From: Chlorokybus atmophyticus
Taxonomy: Eukaryota > Plantae > Mesostigma and Chlorokybus algae
Assembly: GCA_009103225.1 (NCBI GenBank)
Contig: RHPI01002272.1
Span: 121,784 to 185,783 of the forward strand
DNA: 64,000 nt
Reading direction: 5' to 3'
Below are positions 36,460 to 48,451 of this stretch, piece after piece (the first letter of the stretch is position 1; each line of letters opens with the position of its first letter). Both the position numbers and the translations under genes were made by a program. The notes under the pieces are model-generated. The model did no database searches. It saw only the letters and a program-made list of their open reading frames with translations, and was not told where the DNA came from.

Positions 36460-37554
36460 TGCCATATGGAGACATTCCAATGCATGAGCTGTACCTGCTG
36501 AAATATCGGGGCGTTTTGCTCGATTGGACCAGCTTGTATCCCATCTATAAACTTGTCAAGGTAAACCATGACAAACAGCCCGCACGCAACTCCATCCCTC
36601 TGCTGAGGGACCTGCACGAACACGCTATGTCAATGCGGGCGAACCAAACGTAGGTGCATCTACATAGGGATTGTGCCGGGAGAGGGTTTGACCTCATCAC
36701 CAGGCCAAAACAACATGTCCTACCCGTGGATCAAGTAGCGGGACGTTTGCGGGAGAGAAGCGCTGTTGCGACTCATTTCCATGCTTCCTGCCCCACATAT
36801 AGTTTAGATAAGCGCGCCTTGGTCCGTCGACATTGAGATGTAGACCAAGGGAGTCGAGATGGACGATCAAGGGCGGCGTGTTGCTTCCAAATTCCCCTCC
36901 AGGATTGCACACCAGCAGCAGACTCCAGTGAGTCCTGTGGCATGCAGACTTTACAGTGAGTCCATGCGAGCAAGTACAGCAGCACTACATTGCGAGAACT
37001 TGGCTTCACTCTCACCGGCTGTCTGGGTTGACAATTGCTGCCAGCAAGTTCTTGGAAAACGGATCGTTCTCCCACCTATCTATCCTGTGATTGCCACTGT
37101 GCCATTTATGTTGTTCATGGCAGTGCACAATCTTGGTGTAGAAGTGCGGGTTGAACAGCCTCACGTGAATGCCTTCAGCTCTGCCCACGACCTCCTCTTC
37201 CTTATATCTGCGGGTGCGTGACACATACATGACACAGCTGCACAACACCAACAACGCAAGGCTCATACCTGCAAAAAAAGTGGAGCACGGTGTCGTTGAG
37301 CTCCTGTCTGCCGTCCAGCAACTTTCCGTCCGCTTCAAACACTGGCACCGCATCACGTGCATTTGCACTAGGGCAAATGAACAGGGGCACAGGTGTTGAC
37401 GCCTCAACTTCAGCACCCGGCCCGTCCAGCACCATGATGTCATCATCGCTGTCCACGAGGTCCACAACTGCTGCAGCCGTTGTGGTTCCCTGACTCGGGT
37501 GCTGGCGACGTTCCCCGTTGGCATCCTCATCATCAAAATCCATCGGGACTGGCT
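36460..37554 (-). CDS. Ulp1/C48 SUMO-protease domain, multi-exon
   Basis: ELNDTVLHFFCR|YK..IHVRLFNPHFYTKI...IVNPDSR|THWSLLLVCNPG..IVHLDSL...DPR|VPQQRDGVACGLFV. His, Asp, Gln and Cys catalytic residues are present, and three introns have matching GT-AG phases. Confidence 0.9.
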
Positions 37555-37799
37555 CTGCAGCGTAAAAAGGTAGGATTATGCAATAAGCGCCGCAAACCAA
37601 GAAGCGCCAGCACGTTGCTGCTTACCACTCATATCCTCATCCCCGCACTCTTGAACAAAGCTTTTACCCACGCTCTCAGTCGGTGGTTGTGAAACCCTAC
37701 TGCTGCTGCCCGGCAGAGAACGACGCGCGAGGCTATCCCTTGGAAGCTGTGCCGGAGCCCCACCTTCTTCGTACGCAGCGCATTGCGAGCATGTGACCG

Positions 37800-38140
37800 A
37801 AAAGATGTTACCAACAGCATGACATTAACAGAGGCTGTTTGGGCATGTCGCGCATACTTGTCGAGCTGGTTCATTGCATCTGTGCACATGGCACCTGCGT
37901 TCCAGTGATCATCATTTTAGAACTTGTCGACTTCAGACACCATGCATTTACTGGATACTGAAGCTTACTTGTGCCTTGGGCATTCCCAATGGCCATCTTC
38001 CACAGGTGGTACAGTGACGCAGCGTGCGTGGTAGCTCTTCCAGCAGCCTTCTGCATCACAGCCAAATATGCTACCGCCATCCTTGCAGACAAAGCAATAG
38101 TCTTCGTGTTCACAATTCTCCAATGCATCCAGCTCTAGCC
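37800..38140 (-). CDS. PHD finger plus C5HCH module (NSD-type histone reader)
   Basis: EDYCFVCKDGGSIFGCDAEGCWKSYHARC...WECPRHK|CHVHRCNEPARQVCATCPNSLC*CH. In-frame TAA at 37825-37827. Confidence 0.85.
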
Positions 38141-38229
38141 CCGGTCTCATCCTGCAAACCAAGGTCAGGTGCCCAGATCAGCAGTCACACAACAGTAGGT
38201 ATATGCAGCATTACAATAGCAAAGAGTAC

Positions 38230-41200
38230 CTCATGTACTCAAAATGCCAGTCACGGCGTGTGGTCCACGACACCTCGCTCGAAGCGCTGTTGGTTTCGCT
38301 CTGGTCACCCTGCACCATGTGCATGTACAGAAGATGGTTGTATGTGATGCCAAGACCCGGGAATTATGAGGACACCCCGATTCTCACAAACAAATCTGCT
38401 CTCACCGGAGTGTCGCGGTGCACAATTCGGCGCACGAGGCTTCGCCTGTCTTTAACAAGCGCTACTGTTATTTTGGTGTCATACGGGTCAATACCCTCAA
38501 ACCACTGGCCTTTGACCTGCCAGCAAGGACATGTATCACCCAATCTCACTCTACCATCAACTCGCAAAAACCGCTGCAACACACCTACTTACTAGGTTGC
38601 AATTAAGGTAGGTTTGTTCAGCAACGTGGGGCTTGTCTTTCCTCAGGATTGCAAAGCCTCCCATGTGCTGCACCTGGTTGCTCATGTACCACCTCGCTCT
38701 GAGGAGCTGGTGCTCCCAACCGGCTACCACGACAACATAAAAAGACTGCACCTGCCATACCAGTGGACCTTCTTGGTTGGGTCATTCGAGTCACGCCCAA
38801 CGGTAAACACTCCGCAGTCCATAGTGCGGAGCTTCTTCTCAGTGTCCTCTGCTCTGAACTGGCCAATGTCCTTGTAGCGCGCTCTGTAGTACCTCCTGAT
38901 TTACTTTGGAAAAATGGGATCACTCAACAGCTCCATCTCGTGTTTTGTAAGCTCCCTATCAGGTCCACGCCAATGATGCAGCTCAGTCATGTGCTCCATG
39001 TCACTGGTCACGAGATTCCCTTGTGCTTGGGCCCTTTCGCGTGTCTTCCGCCGTTTTTCAACAGCCCGACTGAATTCTCTGTTTACCAACCCATTGTGGA
39101 CTCATAATATGCAGGGGACATTGCGTACCAAACAACGATTGCTGAAGCAACTTACTCTTTTAGCTGCCTGTACTCATCGTCATTTTCGGCCAACCACCAC
39201 TCCAGCTCCTGCCTGATCTTGCTATCTTTCTCACACTCAACACGGTGTCTGCGCCCGCAGAGGACATAGTCATCATCATCTCGCTCCTTGCCCGATTGCA
39301 GACTGATGCCGACGAAAAGCCTCTTCAAGGTGTCCATGTAAGTGTTCAACATGAGCTGGATGGAGTATCTGCAGACATAACTTGCACTTAACAAAAGTCA
39401 AAGAACGAGAGTACGTAAAAGGTTGCATGCAACTTTCAGTTGGCCCACACTTGCCTTTTGCAGATGCTTGCTTCCACATGCTGCCTGGCAAAAATCATGC
39501 GCTTCACCCACTGCATAAATCGTTCGTCGGCCCACTCCCAGTGATCGCGCACCGGACCAAGCCACATGCATTGCTCTGGTAGATGGCCAAGGAGGTGCAG
39601 CATCATTGTGAGCGAAGTCCGCGGGAAGAACAGCTCCACCTCAGACTGTGCCTCATGCACCAGCACCTGCGATGAATAATGCAAGTCATGCAACCTGTAG
39701 AAGCTAAGCATACACATGGAAGGTATGGTTAAAGCCCTAACCTGCAGTTCTTCAAGGTGTGACTGCTTCACTTCCAATGCAGTCAGCCGCTGATAGATGT
39801 CGCAGAGTTTGAGGATTGTTTTCTTCTGATCTTCTCCAATGTCATGAGCAGAGCGCAGCACGTACTGGAAAATCACGGACCACAAGTTGTGCTTGTCGTG
39901 CGATTTCATCGAGCCTGTGTGCTCACTACATCAGATTGTTAAGTAGACACAATGTGCAATGCAAGGACACTGAGTTGATTTGCACGCAGTTGAGAACCAT
40001 GGTGGTTGTCTCACCTAAATGCTTGGTGAAAGATTGCAGCTTAAAGCCGAAAGTGCTTGGAACCCTCACGCCTGAGAGTAATTGCTCAATCAGCCCTGCA
40101 TCCGTGATTGCCCATGGAGCCTGAGGTTTGACCTTAACTGCAACTTCCTTACCGTCTTTCGTCATCTATGTCTGCAACGCATCGTCACAAAGTCAAACGA
40201 GTTGGCAGGCAGTCAGCACAAGTGTCGCATAAGCCTGCAATACCTGTAGCCAAAGTTCTGGCATACGACCTTGCTGCTGCAGTTCTTCTCGAGTCTCATT
40301 GCTGTCGCGCAATCCAGCAAGCAGATTGGTCAAATTGGTTGCGAGATTGGCAAAAATGTGCATAGGGCCAATCACATGACCTTTTACAGGTTTCTGTAAA
40401 GGCATCCAATAGGGAAGGTCGTGAAAATAGCTTAGGCCAAGGATTCCGGAGGACTTTGAAGGATGTTTCTTGGAGTGAAGTGGTCGCTTGCTGTTGCGGG
40501 ATGTCATGGCGTACCTGATCACATAGCATCCATTGGTGAAGCTTGATTGACATAGCTACGTTCAGCTATGTCAATTGATTGGTTGCTCACCGGTACACAC
40601 TTTCTGCAGTCCGCATGGGAGGTGGAGGTCTGTGTTCTGGTTGGGGCCAACGCTCATCAACTCGGTAGGGATGGTCATTTTGGTAAGTACCGGCGGTAGC
40701 CTTGATAAATCACCTTTTTGAGGAGTTCCACATGTTCTCCACTGCACTCGCATTTGGAACAGCCAAAGATGGCTCCATGAGCCATCTGCATGGCTGCTTT
40801 TGCGAGAGCTGCGCAACCATCATTACATGTTTCAGAGAAGGCAAACATGGTTGCCATACCAGTCAGATAGTACATTCATAGACACTGATGGCCAACACTT
40901 GCTGCTTGCGTACCTGGGTAATCATGGATTACAATCTCCAAGATAGATCTGCACCGGAAAACTTTGTCGCGGTGGCTGTCATATATGTCGATGCCTACAA
41001 CAAACACCAGCAGCTGAGATGCCCTACACATTCTAGTCCAAAGCAGTTTGAGAGCATGTCTAATGTATCGAGAGCTGGCTTGTTCAAACTACATTGAAAC
41101 CATACCTTCTCAAAGGGTTCCCAACTGGTCAATGATTGGCTTGAGATAGGCCTGTAGATTCTCTGGCTGTTTGGGACCAGGTATTACCGCAGCTAGAAAG

Positions 41201-43003
41201 ATAGTGTCGGTCTCGTGCATTTTGGCAATGGGCAGGTTCAGCACAGAAATTGTGACAAGCAAAAATTCATAATTCCCTGCAAGTCCACAAACACCTCGAT
41301 CAATGCCAACTGTGAATTTACACACTGCAATGACAGCACAGGTAAAAGGCACAATCACTACCTTTATGCGGATCTTTGAAAGGGCTCATCCCGTTAATAA
41401 ACATTGCCAGCCGCACATTACGCGGTTCTTTGATAAACCGGATGTAGCGTTCTTCTGTATGCTTGAACATTGGCGAGTCTGACAGCAGCAACCACATGAA
41501 TAATAGAAAACATGTAAGAATTCAGGCTGCATTGGGCATCAACTTGTCAATCCACACTGCCATATACATACCGTGTATGGATCGTATAACCCCATCCTCA
41601 CTGCGATTGGTGTGCGCTGTCATCTTCAAAGCGACACTAGGCTTCAGGTAAAGAGACCTCAGAGCAGCAGGCACGTCAAAGTAACGTGAAATTTTTTCAG
41701 GAACTTGTCGACCTCCAAGATTGCGGTGGCGAGGAGCCTTGCAGACTGCAGGCCATAGGAAGTTTGCATGCTGACAGGTGATCCCATGACAACTCAATCA
41801 CACAAGAAATGCTACAATAGCTGACCTTTGCATAATTTCATGTTGGCATGTCGGCCATAATACACCATGTGGTCACAACAACAGGCGTCATACGCGTGGA
41901 AGCCCATGTTGAGGCTTGCAAGGCATTTCAGTAGCTCTTGCATGCTGCCTGGCATCTGATTCTCCTTGGGCAAAACAACATCACGCACCAACCTGGCACA
42001 CAAAGTCAAGTTCAATTGAAAATTGGACATTGATGTCTTTGCAGAATGTGTTTTGTATGATTTTGTAAACCTCTTATCCACCGACCTTAGCAGTTTGTTC
42101 ATGAAGTTCAAGGGTATTCGATGTAGCTGAGCGAGAACCAATAGCAGCATGGAAATGCCCAAAGGGGTTGTACGAGAGCCGGCAACAATAGGGTTGCTTG
42201 CATTGTCCAACAGCGCAGCATTTACCTTGTCAAGCAGCATTGCCTCGTCATCACCATGAGTGTCATACTGCTGCGACTCCACATCGGTATTGGAGTCTTG
42301 GTCTACGCCATCACCATCACCATCAACTTGCTCCGCATGTACTTGATTAGCGGTTGAGGGGGAGTGCGCTGGCATATCATGCTCGTTCAGAACTGTGTAT
42401 TCTGGAGTTCTGGCACCTTGATGTCCTCGCGATACAGGATGCTCACTTCCAGAGAATGCTGGGTGCAATTCGCTCTGTTCCCCATGATCACACGGATGAC
42501 ATCCTGCCAACGCGAATAAATGCACTGGCACATGGACAATGACGTAAGCAATCAACTTGCAATTAGATTAGGTCGTACCTGCTGGGCGCATGTGATGTGC
42601 AACATTGACATGAGATGCAACACTCGTTTGCGATGGCGTGGCTGGGTGCAGTTGTTCAGCAGCGTAGTTCCATGCATAAAGTGTTTCGGTGTGATGGACA
42701 GCATCATCTGAAGCGGGCAAGCTTGGTAATCAGATCAGAGCCTGTTGATGAAGTACACCAACTCGGGAAGATGACTCTTGTACCTGACAGCATGTGCGAG
42801 GATGCAGCCGCAATAACAGCGTCAGCCTCTTCAAGTTCATTGGGTTCGAGAAGATCACGGTATTGCGGTTCAACAGCTTTAGGAGTGCCCATCCACATCC
42901 TTGTGCCATGGTACTCATGGTTTTGGGCCCTAGTGATGTGCTTGTGTGTGAACACTTTGCTCCCTTGGCAATCTTCGCAGAAACACCTGCGATTGTAGCT
43001 CAT
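38230..43003 (-). CDS. CACTA TnpD-like transposase (Transposase_21/DUF4218/DUF4216-like regions), multi-exon, with apparent frameshifts
   Basis: ATG at 43003. YDACCCDHMVY, VPEKISRYFDV, NLP...VIPGPKQP..YLKPIIDQL, YRRYLP, MKSHDKH, HLLGHLPEQCMWLGPV..W..ERF, WYGR/VQSF..LRARWY. One-base frameshifts near 40680 and 38751. Confidence 0.88.
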
Positions 43004-43291
43004 GCTACAAAGATGTTTAGTCAACTATTATCCTGGCATACAACCACCAAACTATCTAGAGCCCTGACCTGATATCGCCGCCGCCGCCGCTGATACCGCC
43101 TTCGCCGCCGCTCTAGCATCGCAGTTGCAGAATTAGGGTTTAGACCCGTCAATCCTAAATTGCAAGCTAGATCCAGTATAAGCCGCGGCTTCAATCCGGA
43201 TGTGCTCCGTAATTTGCGTACGTGCTCCAGTTTTTCTTCCTTGAAGTGCATCAGCTATTAGGGTTTGAATGGTAGGTTGCGTGGCGGCAGT
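43004..43291. promoter_or_regulatory. Putative bidirectional promoter between TnpD and the methyltransferase locus, with two telo-boxes
   Basis: Divergent ATGs at 43003 (-) and 43292 (+). TTAGGGTTT at 43133-43141 and 43258-43266, plus GCC runs. Confidence 0.45.
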
Positions 43292-43745
43292 ATGCGCGGC
43301 GTCAAGGTGTGCAGTTTCTGCAGAGCATACTTGGTTAGAAACGGCAACTTGAAACGGTGGCAACTTGAAACGGTTGCAACAGCATGAAGAGAAGTGCAAG
43401 CTGTACAGTGAGCAGTATGGCTTCTATGAAGCCTGCTGGCACCATAAGGCCCGGGGAGATAATGTGAGGCAGTGCAGGCTTCTAGCAAAATGCATGAAGC
43501 CAGACTTCTTTGTCGAGGAATGCACTTGCCTGCAATGCTCGCTCTCCAAGTTTGAGTGGGACGGCGAGCCCATGGATTACCTGCCTTGGGCCCGGCCTGG
43601 AGCATATCAGGATGGGCAGGAGTGTGGTTCGAGTTGGTGGTCAAAGCTGTCTGAGACTGCAAGACTTGCCTGGTCGCGAGCTCGATTGTTGGCCCAGGCC
43701 ACCACCCCTTCTCGTAACTCGCACACCATGCGACTCAAGCGGTAG
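43292..43745 (+). pseudogene. C2HC zinc-finger/Cys-rich ORF broken by a 16-bp tandem duplication; possible N-terminus of the methyltransferase
   Basis: Removing one copy of ggcaacttgaaacggt (43343-43374) gives MRGVKVCSFCRAYLVRNGNLKRLQQHEEKC...CWHH...CTCLQC. Confidence 0.5.
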
Positions 43746-44457
43746 ACGTTACAGGCCACGCGCATTGGATCTCTTTTGTGGTGCCGGTGGCGTTGCTATG
43801 GGTCTGTACAGGGCTGGGTTTGATGTTGAGGGTATAGACATTAAGCCACAGCCGGCATACCCATTCAAGATCTGCCAGATGGATGCAATGGACGCTGACC
43901 TGTCAGCATACGATGCAGTGTGGGCAAGTCCTCCATGCCAAGCTCTTAGTGGAGCCATTCCCATGACACAACGGTCCGCATACGGATATCGATGGGATCA
44001 CGTCAACCTGATTGACCCCATAAGAGCCAAGTTGCAGTCAAGCGGCAAGGCATGGGTGATAGAGAATGTTGCAGGCGCGTCAGGACACATGACAACTCAC
44101 CTGAAGCTGTGTGGCAGTATGTTCAAGTTGGATGTGTATCGCTATCGCATCTTCGAGACAAACCCTCCAGTGCGCTCAGACTTACAATGCAACCACACTG
44201 GTTCTGCACTTGGAGAGCTGGCCACCCACCCGGAGCAGCGCCGGCAGTTGCTACCTGGGGAGAGGCAAATCTACCCGGTATACGGCCAAACATCTTGCCG
44301 TGGTACGATTGCAGGGTGGCAGTCTGCCATGCAGGTGGAGTGGATGGATGCGGAATCGGAAATCAAGAATGCTATTCCACCTACTTACTCTGAACATGTA
44401 GGCAGGCTGTTGCTGGAAGCGATAGGTTTCAATGTCGATTACCCTCCTTTTTACTGA
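43612..44457 (+). CDS. C5 cytosine DNA methyltransferase of compact phage/actinobacterial type
   Basis: Motif I LDLFCGAGG, motif IV WASPPCQ, motif VI VIENV, LCGSMFKLDVYRYRIFE, and C-terminal AMQVEWM..EIKNAIPPTYSEHVG. No stops or introns in the catalytic core; true start uncertain. Confidence 0.92.
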   Translation: MGRSVVRVGGQSCLRLQDLPGRELDCWPRPPPLLVTRTPCDSSGRRYRPRALDLFCGAGGVAMGLYRAGFDVEGIDIKPQPAYPFKICQMDAMDADLSAYDAVWASPPCQALSGAIPMTQRSAYGYRWDHVNLIDPIRAKLQSSGKAWVIENVAGASGHMTTHLKLCGSMFKLDVYRYRIFETNPPVRSDLQCNHTGSALGELATHPEQRRQLLPGERQIYPVYGQTSCRGTIAGWQSAMQVEWMDAESEIKNAIPPTYSEHVGRLLLEAIGFNVDYPPFY

Positions 44458-44617
44458 GACACGTAGAGGACTTTGCAGTTGTAAGCTCTCTTGATTGCCA
44501 CAGAGGTCTCATTTGTGATCACACCTGCAGAATGGTAAGGTTTCACTGAGGTTGCCGCTGCTGCTGCTCTTTGTGCTCGCGCCGCTGCTTCCGCTGCTGC
44601 CGCTTCTGCTCACGCTC

Positions 44618-47123
44618 TTAAAAGAGTTGCTGCTTCAGCTGCTCCTGCTGCTCGAGTGTTGGCTGCTGGCCTATCGCTGCTCGCTCGCGCTCATGTTGAC
44701 GTTTCTTGGCCAGTTTCTTGCTTTGCCGCCGATCATCAATGTGTTCGCGTTTTTGCAACTTTAACATCTCCATGGGGTTTGCTTTGCGTGCGGAAAAATT
44801 CTCTCGATTGAGATGGTGCTTTTGCAAAGTCTCATTCAGCTCGTTTTCGTTTTGCTTGCAAGTGCGCACAAGCTCGTTGAACTGGTCATCCCGCCAATCC
44901 TGGTTCAAAGGACCCTTCGCAACGCAATTGCGCACTCCTTTCCTAAGCCCCTTGAGAAAAAGCTGTAGTTTGAGGGCATCATCCATCTGCAGCGCTGTTG
45001 CGTTGGCAACCATACACAGATGTTCGAACTGCGCGTGAAACTCCTCCACTTTGCGACCTGCCTGCCGCAGATGGCGCAGCTTCTTAAAAGCGCCGGCAGG
45101 GGTGTTGTCCATTTGCGCAGGAGCTCGGCTGCGAGTACGACGGCGTTTGCGCTTCTTGCTTGTGGTGGCACGACGAGGAACACCAGAGGAAAGACTACTG
45201 GTTGATGTGCCAGATTCATCAGAAGAGCTCTCATTGCCCTGCATTGCATCAAGCTCGGTGCCACATTGCGCAACTCCACACTTGCTCTTGCACGCAGATA
45301 GCATGACAGTGCTCACCTGTCCATCAGCTGGGCTCATGGGTTCCGCCTGATTCTGGACTTCCACCTCAACCTCTTGGTTGACCTGTGCCTGCTTGGCCTT
45401 GGCCTCAGGCTGCTCCTGCCTGGCCCTGGCTTCAGTCTCAGCCTGCTCCTGCCTGGCCTTAGCTTCAGCATCAGCCTTGGTCTTCACCTCGCTCGCCTGC
45501 CTGGCCTTGGCCTCAGCCTGCTCCTGCCTGGCCCTGGCTTCAGTTTCAGCCTGCTCCTGCCTGGCCTTGGCTTCAGCATTAGCCTTGGTCTTCGCCTCAG
45601 CCTGCTCCTGCCTGGCCTTGGCCTGTGCTTGCTGCTTCAAGCTGGCCTCGACCTTCTTCATGCACTCTGGACCCATCCTCAGCTTTGGCTTTTGAACCTT
45701 CGCGCTTGCTTGGGTCTCAACCTTGCCTTCTCCCTTGGCCTGGGCCTCAGCCTCTTGCACACACACAGCTTGCGATTGCACAGGGGTCTACTTGAAGATG
45801 TAGGCGCCTGGAGTGGAGCCGATTTGACACTGGGTGCTGATTGCGGAGGACCATCAGGGAACAGGCAGCGCAGGACTTCTGGTGGCATGTCACAGAGCTG
45901 CCATAAGAGCCTACCACTCGCATCGCCAAGAGACATGTAATGCGCGCAGGCCTTGCTCGCGTCTGTATTGCCAATAATCACATGGCCAGCCATTTTCTGA
46001 ACATCCTCGCCGATCAGCACCACAAGCTTGATATACTGCAGCTTTCCTTTGTCATCAGGTTTAAGATACCTCCCGTCATCCCCTTTGCTGAGTACCCCCT
46101 TGTCCTCCGCTTCTAGGATGTACTTGCAGTCACCAACCTCCCTGAGCTGCACGGTGCCAATGCGAATGCCCAGTGTGTGCGCCAGCAGCGCCAATTGCAG
46201 TTGATCCGCATAAACACCCTCATGACTGATCACTTTCTTCAGAGCAACAACAGCTGCATCACCTTCATCTTTTCCATCGAGAACCGTTGTTACCCGGCAT
46301 TTCTTGGCGGCCTTCTTGTAGTCCTCGCCCCCATGTCACCAGAGGCCCCGTAGTTACGATACGTCCGTACCCAACGAACGTTGACCTGGTCAGCACACAT
46401 CTTGCGCAACTTGGCAGCTTGATCTCTCGTATGCAGCTCTTTGCCGTTGTCCAGCACAATGCTTCGCCAGAAAGCCTCATTGTTAATTGCGCCCACGCGT
46501 TCCAGGCATGCAGCGTTGACGGGAGGGCGCGACTGGGCAATGCAAGAGTAGAAGCAGTTGCCATCAGCATAGGCGTCATAGAGCCGCAGCTTTGTCTCAT
46601 GCAGCAGCAGCCCAATCAGCTCCGCCTCATCGCCCGGTTGTGGAGGAGGTAGACCAGACTCCCAACGACCACCAGTAGATGCACGACCCGTTGATGTGCC
46701 CACTTCAGCTTTAGGTTCTCCGACAAAGTTCCCAAGGTCAATACTCGCAGCTGCTGCCTGCTTGTCACACATCTTGCTGAGCTGCCGCCGCAAGAACTGA
46801 TCCAACTTGACTCTCCATTCATGCGAGAGGGCGAGCAAATCAGCTTTCTCCAACCGCTGCTTGTATTTGACCACCAGCTCTTCCCATGTAGGGCAGTCTT
46901 CCTTTTCCTCTCTCCATACTTTTGCATAACCTACGCAAAGGGCCTTGAAATCATTGAAAACCTCTTCATCGGTCTTGTTTGCCCGGATCTGCGGCTTCTT
47001 CACCTCTTTTCCTGGTTGCAATGACCGGTATGAGCACGAGTTGGTGTGAGAAATTTTACACATTCCAAGAGTACCTGCACGCTGCTGCTGACCACTTGGC
47101 AAGACCTTCTGCTTTGTTGCCAT
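44618..47123 (-). CDS. OTU deubiquitinase + low-complexity helical repeats + Gag capsid C-terminal-like domain; one ORF if two 1-nt frameshifts are corrected
   Basis: ATG at 47123. OTU motifs ADGNCFYSCIA, LRKMCAD, GVYADQLQLALLA and AHYMSL. AEAKARQEQ repeats. FKKLRHLRQAGRKVEEFHAQFEHL...MDDALKLQLFLKGLRKGVR. Frame breaks at runs 46328-46332 and 45783-45786. Confidence 0.75.
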
Positions 47124-48137
47124 TATGAACAACCTGTGTCGACACACAGAGAAACTTACAAGCAGACACAAAGTGATCAAGTGAGCCAAGTTTAAAACTG
47201 AGCAAGCAGGGGCCTTACGCACGAGGCTGCCCCCTACGATCAGCATGAGCAAGAATGGGCCTTGAGAGCGGTCAGCAAAACAAGCGCAAACAAACAGGAG
47301 CGCGGCATGCACTACACCTGGTTTGCGAATTCTTCAAACCCTACCAAGCTGCCTATGAAGCTGCAAGAGATCTACAAAAAGCGGGTGGAGCACCAATGCG
47401 AAAAGGCTTGCAGTACACCACCATAGCAACCACACCGCCTCCCGCTCACACCGCCGCCACCACCGGCCGCCGCCACCGCCGCCACAACCGCCGCCTCAGA
47501 CCACGTCACGCAAGAAATGCTGCACTACTGCAGGTGCTCAACTCTAAACCCTACAACCGTGCACTATTCATTGAAGCAACCCTGTACCGCGCGTCAGGCG
47601 GCGCTGTACTGGGCAAGGGTCATTGAATGATGTATTGCATATTGGGTGCAATCGATCCATTTATAAAAATGCATGTAGAGGGTTTGAATTGCACCAGGTA
47701 GTCCTATATACAGCAACCAGGTATAGGCCGTCACTATAGAACAACCACATGGAAACAAAGACAGTAGTTGCACATGTGAAGGTTGTGTAATTTTGTGCGT
47801 GATACAAGTGCACATACAATTCCAGCACTTGCACTAGACCAGCCCCCTTAGCTGTAGTTGTTGTGGTTGTGCCTGGTGTTGCTGGTTAATGTGACCGCTG
47901 GTGCACGGTGTGTGTTTATCGGGGGCGCCGCTATTTTCCTTATACAATGTGGCGTGCATATGCGCATGCATTAGACATGTAACAGACTGCGCATGTAAGC
48001 ATGTTGCGTACAGAAAACGCAAGACATGCGTGATGGAGTACCCCGTATGCACAGACAGCAGCCGCTATAACAGCAGGTTCTCATTGCAGGCAGGCAGGAA
48101 GCACATGTATACAACGCCACTGGCCTATTGGAACTGG

Positions 48138-48451
48138 TCTTATGGCCCACTGATCGAGCAGCTAGGGGCCTACTGGAACCTCAACAGCAAGACATTGATA
48201 GAGCAGCTATGTACAAGGTGAAAACTGCTGCTGACTCAATTGGAGTAGTCATAGCCGTGACCATCGCTGTCGTAGTCTCCCATGGTGTCTCTTATGGTGT
48301 CTCTTATGGCCCGCTGATCGAGCAGCTAGGGGCCTACTGGAACCTCAACAGCAAGACACTGATAGAGCAGCTATGTACAAGGTGAAAACTGCTACTGACT
48401 CAATTGGAGTAGCCATAGCCGTGACCATCGCTGTCGTAGTCTCCCATGGTG
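48138..48451 (+). repeat. 164-bp period tandem duplication
   Basis: Unit beginning tcttatggccc(a/g)ctgatcgagcagc starts at 48138 and 48302. Confidence 0.92.

Noticed and set aside
9818-37827. TAA/TAG reassigned to glutamine (several in-frame TAA/TAG fall where Gln reads naturally)
   Set aside because: The long Gln-rich ORFs (Copia-3, Gypsy pol, NLR 468-aa exon) contain no internal TAA/TAG. The affected genes also have TGA stops and frameshifts. TAG and TAA end Gypsy gag and pol. C>T decay explains the pattern.
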